A stretch of 64,000 nt of DNA from Alistipes sp. Its GTDB lineage: Bacteria > Bacteroidota > Bacteroidia > Bacteroidales > Rikenellaceae. Numbering within the stretch: the stretch's first letter is position 1; every line of letters begins with the position of its first letter. The translations under genes were made by a program, and so were the position numbers. The notes under the pieces were generated by a model, which did no database searches, was not told the DNA's origin, and worked only from the letters and a program-made list of their open reading frames with translations. Shown one piece after another: positions 9,410-16,874 of the stretch. The stretch lies in assembly GCA_017451685.1 (NCBI GenBank), contig JAFTNV010000028.1:8515-72514 (forward strand), written 5' to 3'.

Positions 9410-11374
9410 CTACCAATCTGCGCCATAGATAGGCATCTCACCTACCCAAGTGCAAGTATATGTCTGGTTAGAACCATTGTTGGGAATCCACGATGCGTTG
9501 ATAGTGGTAATACCATCAGCATTGGTTGTAAATGTAGCCGTTACGCTCGCCATTACGCAGCCGTTATTGTTATCCCAAAACAAATGATAACTCGAACTTG
9601 CTATCATTGTACCATCCTCACTGCTATAGGTGCCGTCGGGAATCTTGTTATCAGCAGGAATATGCGATAGGCACAACCTAAATGTCTTGTACTCTTCATT
9701 AGCATCGGGAGCAGTCTTAAGGAGAAAATCACCTGCGCGAGTATCCTCGTCAATCCATGACCATACGAACTCTGCAATCTCGAAGTGGTAGGGGTTAACC
9801 TCGCTGCCGCCATCCTCGTTGCCATCGTCCTCGCTGCCAGAGCCGTAGAGTGTACCGGTGATAGTACCGGTGATGGCGTTGTCAGCATCGTCGTAGCAGT
9901 TGGTGAACGTAAGAGTATATGTGCCATCAGCTGCGATATCGAGTTTCAATGTACCCTCAACGATAGGAGCCATCACAGAGTTCATCTCTGTTACTTCATC
10001 GATAGGAGAGTCCATATCTACATACCAGCAACCACAGTCCATACTTGGATCACCAGGGAACGACGTGTAAGGCATCTCCGTGTCGTTAATAGCATACTCA
10101 CCTGCAAGATTAGCAGCATCGCTTGCTACCAAGAGGTCGAGCATAAGGTAGTCACCACCACCAATATCCACAGCATCTTCATTCTCAAATACGTATAATA
10201 TGTAGTTGTTAGCACCATTAGCATAGTAGCCGTAGTCCGCAATAACGAATGAAGCACCTGTCAAATTGAAATTAAGATCACCCGTGAGAGTTGAAACAGA
10301 ATCCTGCTCCTCCTCATCATCACCAGTGCCAGGCACATAATCTGAAGAACAATCCTCGTAAGAAACAGTGCCCGCGAAAACTACCTCGATAGTCTCACCA
10401 GCAAGCACGATCTCTGCCGTGATGCCACTCTCTGCAACAGTGATGTAAGCAGCATCGTATGACAGCATCTGCTCATAATCTTCGCAATAGCTATCGATTA
10501 ACATATAAACAGAATCTGAATGAATAGTATTAACAGCCTTGCTATCCGCGCCATCGAGCATATAAGTACCATAAGGAATAGCTATACCTGCAGTCTTATC
10601 GATCTGTGTGCTATACAACTCGAAACGATAGTGCTCAGCATTTGCTGCCCAAATACCATCATTGTACACATCTACATCGCTGAGAATCAACGTGAAGTTA
10701 TCAGAAACGCCCGTACCATCCATATCGCCGTTATAGTATGCGTGTGCGTAGTCAACATTTACCTCGCGAACCTCAACAGGCTCCTTAGAGTCGTTGAGAA
10801 GGTTCATAGCGCCCTCGTAAGTCACGGTGTGCTCAACACCCTCGATTGTCACCGTAAGAGTCAAACCAGCCTCCGTAACAACGAGCTTACCGGCCTCAAA
10901 CTGCACGATGTCGTCCGTAGAAGAGTCGGCCAAGTAAACAGAGCCCTCCTTGAAGAAGGTGCCGGCAACATACTCCTGCTCAGACAACGTGTACTCACCA
11001 ACGGGGAGTGGCATAAACTCCTTCCACTCGCCATCGTATGCCTCGAGGTAGAGGTCTACCCAATATACTACAGCGCCATCCGGCATGTCGCCCTCCTCGG
11101 TGAGGGCCTTGTCCGTAAGAGCAAAGAAGTAGTTGTCTACATCCAACTCCTCCTCGGCGCCACTTACGTAGTAACCACCAAAGCCAAGAGCTGTAACCGT
11201 AACAGGCTGCGCGGGCTCATCAGTGCCGGGCTCGTCGGTGCCGGGCTCGTCGGTGCCGGGCTGCTCAGTATCGGGCTGCTCGGGAGTCTTGTCGACATCC
11301 TCGCCACCCTTCTCACACGATGCAAATACCAAAGGTAATGCAGCTAAAAGACAGAATAAATTTCTAAGTTTCAT
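9410..11374 (-). CDS. Surface lipoprotein F: X + X + Y + divergent C-terminal module
   Basis: Signal MKLRNLFCLLAALPLVFAS-C then EKGGED. EPGTD linker repeats. First two modules align with E; third (STLTGDL...) aligns with A, B and D. Confidence 0.8.
   Translation of the reverse strand: MKLRNLFCLLAALPLVFASCEKGGEDVDKTPEQPDTEQPGTDEPGTDEPGTDEPAQPVTVTALGFGGYYVSGAEEELDVDNYFFALTDKALTEEGDMPDGAVVYWVDLYLEAYDGEWKEFMPLPVGEYTLSEQEYVAGTFFKEGSVYLADSSTDDIVQFEAGKLVVTEAGLTLTVTIEGVEHTVTYEGAMNLLNDSKEPVEVREVNVDYAHAYYNGDMDGTGVSDNFTLILSDVDVYNDGIWAANAEHYRFELYSTQIDKTAGIAIPYGTYMLDGADSKAVNTIHSDSVYMLIDSYCEDYEQMLSYDAAYITVAESGITAEIVLAGETIEVVFAGTVSYEDCSSDYVPGTGDDEEEQDSVSTLTGDLNFNLTGASFVIADYGYYANGANNYILYVFENEDAVDIGGGDYLMLDLLVASDAANLAGEYAINDTEMPYTSFPGDPSMDCGCWYVDMDSPIDEVTEMNSVMAPIVEGTLKLDIAADGTYTLTFTNCYDDADNAITGTITGTLYGSGSEDDGNEDGGSEVNPYHFEIAEFVWSWIDEDTRAGDFLLKTAPDANEEYKTFRLCLSHIPADNKIPDGTYSSEDGTMIASSSYHLFWDNNNGCVMASVTATFTTNADGITTINASWIPNNGSNQTYTCTWVGEMPIYGADW
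11213..11287. repeat. In-frame 15-bp tandem repeat (about 5 units, EPGTD/EQPDT linker)
   Basis: gggctcatcagtgcc gggctcgtcggtgcc gggctcgtcggtgcc gggctgctcagtatc gggctgctcgggagt. Confidence 0.85.
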
Positions 11375-11441
11375 GATGTTAATGTATTTGGTTAATGTGT
11401 GTTTATCCCCCTCGAGTGCATAAATATGTATCTCGGTATAG

Positions 11442-11449
11442 CAAAATTA
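11442..11449 (-). promoter_or_regulatory. -7 promoter element (TAATTTTG) for lipoprotein F
   Basis: TAnnTTTG match with TTTG about 20 nt upstream. Confidence 0.6.
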
Positions 11450-11500
11450 GATATTTTATTCTTTTTAACCAAATAAATATCTTACAATGTTGATAAAAAT

Positions 11501-12406
11501 TTATCGTGCAGCCTCCACATCGCTCCATATTCCGCGCGAAATCGCGTGGCGCATCATGAGCAGATAGCGCGACTGCGCTGGTCGGTGCACGAGGCACAGC
11601 ATAAGCGTTGCGCACCACTTCGCCACCTCGCCAACATACAGCCTCGCCACCCTATCGTGCAGCTCGGCACGACGACGCTGGCTCACACCCGTATTGTAAC
11701 ATAGTCGCGCGAAGTACTCCTCGGTGAGCTTCTCCGAGGGGATGATGTGGTACATCACCGCACGTGGCACATAGTAGGGACGTATGCCCACCGCAGCCAT
11801 GCGCTCGAAGAGGTCGCTCTCTTCGCCACCGATAAGGCGCTTGCCCGTGCGCCCAAGCGTGGTGTCGAAGATGCCCACCCTATTCAGCGCCTCGCGCCTA
11901 AAGGCCATATTTCCGCCTCCCGGAATCTTTCCCGCGGGGAAGAGGCACACGCTGTTGCCATAGTGCATGGGGTTGGCTATCGGCTGCTCCGCATATCTCG
12001 ACATCCAGCGCGGGCGCCCCGTGGGGTACTCGGCGATGATGCGCCCACCCGCAGCCATAGCCTCGGGCATGGCATCGAAGAGGTCGATGTATGCGCTCAA
12101 GAAGTCGGGAACGATACGTTCATCGTCATCGACAAAAGCGATAATATCACCCCCAGCGGCACCAATGCCCGCATTGCGTGCTGCCGAGAGCCCCTGTTCG
12201 GGCTCGAAGATGTAACGAATGTTTAAGGTGGGGTGCTCCGCGCAGAGTGCCACCACGCGCTCGCGTGTAGCGTCCGTGGAGTTGTTATCCACAACCACAC
12301 ACTCCCACGCCTCGGGTGCGAGGCTCTGCTCCACGACCGACCTGAGTGTCGCCAGAAGCTGCTCGGCACGATTATATGTCGCTATGACCAACGATATGCG
12401 TATCAT
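11501..12406 (-). CDS. Glycosyltransferase family 2
   Basis: SLVIATYNR, VVVDNNSTD, GLSAARNAG, AFVDDD (DxD), GGNMAFRR, GEESDL. Confidence 0.92.
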   Translation of the reverse strand: MIRISLVIATYNRAEQLLATLRSVVEQSLAPEAWECVVVDNNSTDATRERVVALCAEHPTLNIRYIFEPEQGLSAARNAGIGAAGGDIIAFVDDDERIVPDFLSAYIDLFDAMPEAMAAGGRIIAEYPTGRPRWMSRYAEQPIANPMHYGNSVCLFPAGKIPGGGNMAFRREALNRVGIFDTTLGRTGKRLIGGEESDLFERMAAVGIRPYYVPRAVMYHIIPSEKLTEEYFARLCYNTGVSQRRRAELHDRVARLYVGEVAKWCATLMLCLVHRPAQSRYLLMMRHAISRGIWSDVEAAR

Positions 12407-12410
12407 AGAG

Positions 12411-12418
12411 CAAAGATA
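12411..12418 (-). promoter_or_regulatory. -7 promoter element (TATCTTTG) 4 nt before the GT2 ATG
   Basis: Minus strand reads TATCTTTG-CTCT-ATG. Confidence 0.65.
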
Positions 12419-12442
12419 GCTATTTTTTCTATAAATAATATG

Positions 12443-12494
12443 GGGCTGACTAAAAAGTTGCTTAGCCAGCCCTTGACACCTAAGAGAGTGAATA
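12443..12494. repeat. 52-bp direct repeat, copy 2 (terminator hairpin + MITE left end)
   Basis: 51/52 identical to 9354-9405. Confidence 0.9.
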
Positions 12495-12606
12495 AAAAGA
12501 TGTAGTTTTAGGCTTGCGAAGCCCGAAAAAGCGGAGTTTACTCGACGTAAATGAGCATTTTGAGGGCGAGCGTAACGACAAAATACACTTTTTATTCACT
12601 CTCATA
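12481..12606. mobile_element. 126-bp palindromic MITE/ERIC-like element
   Basis: Perfect 16-bp terminal inverted repeats (gagagtgaataaaaag 12484-12499 / ctttttattcactctc 12588-12603). TA at both outer ends. Imperfect pairing throughout, apical tttac-tcgac-gtaaa. Confidence 0.75.
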
Positions 12607-12624
12607 CTATACTACACGACTGCC

Positions 12625-14073
12625 CTACTCCTCAGTCTCGGTCTCATCCTCAACAACCTTCTCCGACATGGGCGAGCCATCGAGACAAATAGCAAAGTTT
12701 ACCCATCCGTACTCCATGGTGTTGGTCATACCAAGAAGCGTGCGGCCATCACCCGATACGCCCACGATGATGATACCATCCAAGAGGTAGCCCGTGAGGT
12801 CGATGTTATGCTCCTCGAGGAGCCAGTCGTCGATGCGCTTAACATCGTTGACATCCTTGTTCGTGTCGATAACAAACGATGTGGTACCAAAGCCTGCCGC
12901 TACATCGTTAAGGAAGGCGACACCATCCTCCGTCATAGCCGACACACCACCCTGGCGCACGCTCTCAAACATGATAAGCTCCTTCTTCTCGCGGTCGTAG
13001 GCAGCAGCGCAGTTCTCGTTCACACCATTGACATAGGTCGATGCCTGATTATACACGAAGCGACCCTCGGGCGAGAAGAAGCACATACCCACCGAGCCAA
13101 AGGCCTTGGTAGGCTCTTTGTCCTCGTTTGTCTCCATATATACATACTGCCAATCAGCGGTAGCGCTCTCCCATATAACGCCAAACATACCCAAGACAGA
13201 CTGCTCCAGGCCGAGGATGGCGCGGTTGGGGTCAACGGCATACGCCTGCGTTGCGTTACGATACTGGGCATAGGTCACATCCTCCTTGAGCACAGTCACG
13301 ATGTTATTTGTGATGTCATACGCGAAGGGCACGATAAGGCCGAAGCGCTCGGTGTAGTATGTATCGGCATAGTCCCAATACCAACCCACAGCATACGTAC
13401 CATCGGGCGTGACGCTCGTCAACGAACTACCATAGAGGTTGCCGGGGAGCTCGCCGAGTTTAACCTTGTGAGCCTCGCCATCCTTGTAGTATACAGCCTC
13501 GCCACCCGAGCTCTCCGAGGGGAAGTAAGCACCCACAGCAACGCCATTATCTGAAATATCCGAGAACTCATAGCCGGGGAACTCCGTCTGCTTGTTGTTC
13601 TGGAGGTCGTAGATAAAGCCGTTGTGCTGGAAGGCACCAACAACCCAGCGGCCATTGTTCGATATAGCCGCAGCACCCGATGCCGAGTACCACTCGCGAT
13701 AGGCAGGAACCTCGAGTGCGGGAATCTCAACCTTGAGCACCTTAGCCTCCGAGTTAGCCTTCGTAGCCTCGTCTGCCGAGATGGCAACAACCGTGATGGT
13801 GTACTCCGTGGCGTAGTCCAAGTCCTCGAAGCGGTAGGGCGAGACATCGGTCGACACAGCCTCACCACCATTAAGCGTAAGCTCGTAGCGGATGGCGAAG
13901 TCGACAGCATCCCATGCTACGATAACATCATTCTCCACAACCGTAGCCGTGGCATTGGGCGTAGGCAACATCTCCTTCTTGTTGTCGTCGCCACCCAAAA
14001 CATCACCCTGCTCGCAGCCCACAACGGCAACAAGAGCAATAGATGCGAAAAGTAGTCTAAAAATGTTTTTCAT
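12625..14073 (-). CDS. Surface lipoprotein G: FN3-like + probable beta-propeller
   Basis: Lipobox AVVG-C. FN3-like W..V..A..Y.LTLNG...L.Y.T.Y...VVA. Repeated AISNNGRWVVG / ISDNGVAVG / VTPDGTYAVG / VSGDGRTLLG blades. Confidence 0.8.
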   Translation of the reverse strand: MKNIFRLLFASIALVAVVGCEQGDVLGGDDNKKEMLPTPNATATVVENDVIVAWDAVDFAIRYELTLNGGEAVSTDVSPYRFEDLDYATEYTITVVAISADEATKANSEAKVLKVEIPALEVPAYREWYSASGAAAISNNGRWVVGAFQHNGFIYDLQNNKQTEFPGYEFSDISDNGVAVGAYFPSESSGGEAVYYKDGEAHKVKLGELPGNLYGSSLTSVTPDGTYAVGWYWDYADTYYTERFGLIVPFAYDITNNIVTVLKEDVTYAQYRNATQAYAVDPNRAILGLEQSVLGMFGVIWESATADWQYVYMETNEDKEPTKAFGSVGMCFFSPEGRFVYNQASTYVNGVNENCAAAYDREKKELIMFESVRQGGVSAMTEDGVAFLNDVAAGFGTTSFVIDTNKDVNDVKRIDDWLLEEHNIDLTGYLLDGIIIVGVSGDGRTLLGMTNTMEYGWVNFAICLDGSPMSEKVVEDETETEE

Positions 14074-14157
14074 AATATTTGTGTGTGTTAGTCCAATAAT
14101 TTGCGTTTCGCGGTTTGCCCGACATAACGGGGAAACTACCTAATTATTAGGGCGGTG

Positions 14158-14165
14158 CAAAGGTA
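14158..14165 (-). promoter_or_regulatory. -7 promoter element (TACCTTTG) for lipoprotein G
   Basis: TAnnTTTG match with TTTG about 19 nt upstream. Confidence 0.65.
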
Positions 14166-14238
14166 GTAAAAAATTGCCACTTTGCAAATGTCACGATTTT
14201 TTCAGCATAACCACCTCAATTTTTCGACATAACTATGC

Positions 14239-14271
14239 AAAAAAAAACGGAGCCTCCCGAGGGAAGCTCCG
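14239..14271 (-). terminator. Intrinsic terminator of lipoprotein H
   Basis: cggagc-ctccc-ga-gggaa-gctccg hairpin followed by a U-tract on the minus strand. Confidence 0.8.
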
Positions 14272-14303
14272 AAAGATGTTGAAAATAGCACCTGCAATAC
14301 AAA

Positions 14304-16634
14304 TTAATTTAAGCCGCCTGTATAAGTTGCAGTAAGCTTCTCGCCATCGACAGTCACACGATATACTACGGTATAACTATCACCTGACTTAGATATCTCC
14401 ACAGTCTCACCCTCACCGAACTCCGAAGTGCCGCCAAACAACCCGGCCTGTGAGTTTGTATAGCCAGAATAGAGAATTGCCTCACTCTTATCACTGCCGT
14501 TGAGAACAAACGTACCCTCTGTGATACCATTACGGAACGATGTCATAAAATATATCGCCTCATTATTAGCATTCAAATATAAAACATTGTCCATATATGC
14601 AAGGAAGTTCATCTTCACAGCACGGCCATTCCACTCACTGTTGCCGCCATCGTCGTTGCCACCCTCGTCGCCACCAGCGTTGGGGTCTGCATCAGTAGTG
14701 AATGATGCCGTACCTGCATCCGAAGCGCTATTTACAGTTGCATCAGCAGGGTTAGCAACAACCGATACGTTATACGTGGTCGAATATGCGAGGTTGTTAT
14801 ATACGACATAAGCCTCTTCTACGGTCTGAACATCAGTGCCATTGAGCGTTACGGTGTAGTCCTTAGCACCCTCAACAACCTGCCAGCTTACCGTAGCAGC
14901 ATTGCCATCAGCAAGGCCCTTCACCGAAGGCGTAGCAAGCTTAGTAAGCTGTGTACCCTCGCCACCTTCGTTGCCACTACCCTGCTGGCCGATAGCGCCC
15001 ACATACTTCAACGTCTTCTCTACGCCAAGTACCGTAACATTAATCGTGATAGTATAAACACCACCCTCAACAGCAACGGTACAAGTACCAGCGCCTACCT
15101 GGCTGTTGGCATACTGCGTACCAGCAATATAGAGCGTCGTATTTACGAATGAGAAGTCTGCATTGCCATCACCATTATAGATGTAAGAGGGAGAGTCGAC
15201 CCACGAATAGGTACCAGCTGCAATCTCTGATGCTTTAGCAACGCTGCTATCGAGCGTCAAAGTCACCTTATTCTCACCACTATCATCCTTCAATGCATAC
15301 TTATACACGTTAGCAATGAACTCCGTACCCTCAGACATAGAGGTGAAGGTGATTGTCTCATCGCCCTCGCCACCACCAACGGTAGGCTTGGTAATCGCGC
15401 CCGTATACTCGATCATATAGACCGTACCACCTCTACCATTGAGCGTAATCTGGATATGGTACTCCTCGCCCTCTTTCTCAACAAGAGCCTTACCAGAGTC
15501 AATAATCTCAGAGTATATCATTACACCATCAACATCTCTGATAAGGAACTCACGTGTAGTGAACATATTGTCGAAGTCTACTTCTGATGTTCCCCACCAA
15601 GAGGTATTCACCCAGATATACTCGCCAGCAGCAAGACCCTCAGCCGTAGCAAACTCCGCAGGGAAGTGAACATCCAACTCAAAGCCTTCACCCTTAACGT
15701 CATACTTATTGCCATAGCTCGTTGCATCGCCCCAAACCCACTCTGTGGCAACGTGCGTAGCCTTGAACTCGTCGGTAGGCTGGCTGCCACCATCATCTAC
15801 CGAGAGGTCACCCTCGAATACGGCACGATGAGTAGAGCCATCCTCGAACTCAACAGTAGCCACGACCTTACCGTCGCTGATAACAAGGTTGGCATTCTTG
15901 TACATAACCATACCCTGCTCTAACTTGCCATCTACCATCTTGTAGTGGTACGACAACTCGTATACGATAGTGTTAGGTGTTACAACCTCGCTAAGGCTAT
16001 ACGTGCCATTAGGAAGCACGCCATTACCCTTAGCCGAAGGCGCGATGATAAAACCATAGTAGGTACCACCATCAACACCCCAGCCATTCTCTTGCCAGCC
16101 TTTATCACCGAGCTCTACAGCGTAGAAGTTAGCACCATCCTCAATAATATAGTCGGTCCTAATCTGTGTTGCAACGAACTCTACATCGTACTCCTTATCA
16201 TCGGGATTCTCAGGGTCGTCAACACCGGGATTCTCGGGGTCGTCAACACCGGGCTCGCCGCTGCCCTTCGAGGTGGTCATCGTCTTCTCCGCCTTAACCG
16301 CAGCCTTCTTGTTCATCGCAGCAGCAACAACCAAGTACTCCGTGTTGGCCTTCAAATCGGTAGCCGTAACCTCAACGCTCTCGTTAGCATTAATCGTCGT
16401 ACCGCCATTAAACACCTCGGTAGCCGTAGGCACAGCCTCCGTTGCCTCGACAACAATCCATGCCACCTTCTCGGCCTCGGTAGAAGTAACCTCGAATGTT
16501 ACGGTGTTCTCCGTAGCCACGCCCGCAACGACAGCAACGGTAGGATCCTTAACCTCGTCAACCTTATCCTTCTCGCAAGCAACGAAAACTAAAGGCAACG
16601 CCAATAATGCGTAAAATAAATTCTTGATTCTCAT
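14304..16634 (-). CDS. Surface lipoprotein H: Ig/FN3-like + X + two related modules + FN3-like + divergent C-terminal module
   Basis: Signal MRIKNLFYALLALPLVFVA-C then EKDK. X module (DVEFVAT...STHRAVFEG). FN3-like unit homologous to the N-terminal unit of G. Confidence 0.8.
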   Translation of the reverse strand: MRIKNLFYALLALPLVFVACEKDKVDEVKDPTVAVVAGVATENTVTFEVTSTEAEKVAWIVVEATEAVPTATEVFNGGTTINANESVEVTATDLKANTEYLVVAAAMNKKAAVKAEKTMTTSKGSGEPGVDDPENPGVDDPENPDDKEYDVEFVATQIRTDYIIEDGANFYAVELGDKGWQENGWGVDGGTYYGFIIAPSAKGNGVLPNGTYSLSEVVTPNTIVYELSYHYKMVDGKLEQGMVMYKNANLVISDGKVVATVEFEDGSTHRAVFEGDLSVDDGGSQPTDEFKATHVATEWVWGDATSYGNKYDVKGEGFELDVHFPAEFATAEGLAAGEYIWVNTSWWGTSEVDFDNMFTTREFLIRDVDGVMIYSEIIDSGKALVEKEGEEYHIQITLNGRGGTVYMIEYTGAITKPTVGGGEGDETITFTSMSEGTEFIANVYKYALKDDSGENKVTLTLDSSVAKASEIAAGTYSWVDSPSYIYNGDGNADFSFVNTTLYIAGTQYANSQVGAGTCTVAVEGGVYTITINVTVLGVEKTLKYVGAIGQQGSGNEGGEGTQLTKLATPSVKGLADGNAATVSWQVVEGAKDYTVTLNGTDVQTVEEAYVVYNNLAYSTTYNVSVVANPADATVNSASDAGTASFTTDADPNAGGDEGGNDDGGNSEWNGRAVKMNFLAYMDNVLYLNANNEAIYFMTSFRNGITEGTFVLNGSDKSEAILYSGYTNSQAGLFGGTSEFGEGETVEISKSGDSYTVVYRVTVDGEKLTATYTGGLN
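16202..16253. repeat. In-frame 24-bp tandem duplication (PGVDDPEN x2)
   Basis: cgggattctc(a/g)gggtcgtcaacac twice. Confidence 0.85.
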
Positions 16635-16702
16635 AGACTTTTAAGTATTTTAGTTAGTTAAAAATTTCTATTCCGTGCATCCAACACTACACATATTACT
16701 CA

Positions 16703-16710
16703 CAAAACTA
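16703..16710 (-). promoter_or_regulatory. -7 promoter element (TAGTTTTG) for lipoprotein H
   Basis: TAnnTTTG match with TTTG 20 nt upstream. Confidence 0.6.
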
Positions 16711-16848
16711 CGTAGTTTTTTTCTTTTCTGCAAATTTTTATTCATCTAAACGAACTTTTTTATTTACAGCGCACCCCGTTATAGCACCGCGACATAGCCA
16801 CACCATCACTTTTATACGCACACGCTTTTACCTTTCATATTTTTTGTG

Positions 16849-16856
16849 TATCTTTG
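16849..16856 (+). promoter_or_regulatory. -7 promoter element (TATCTTTG) for the tgt operon
   Basis: TAnnTTTG 18 nt before the tgt ATG. Confidence 0.7.
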
Positions 16857-16874
16857 CACGTTATATATACATAA

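Noticed and set aside
12514-13554. 346-aa plus-strand ORF starting MRSPKKRSLLDVNEHF
   Set aside because: It begins inside the palindromic element and runs antisense to lipoprotein G.
14099-14125. c-di-GMP-I riboswitch-like words (GGGCAAACC..GAAA..CGCAAA) in the leader of gene G
   Set aside because: The segment is too short: the P2 3' strand and the P3 stem are missing. An Rfam scan would settle it.
493-16634. Diversity-generating retroelement or shufflon driving the lipoprotein array
   Set aside because: I saw no reverse transcriptase, no template/variable repeat pair with adenine-specific mismatches, no recombinase and no inverted cassettes. All genes are co-oriented.
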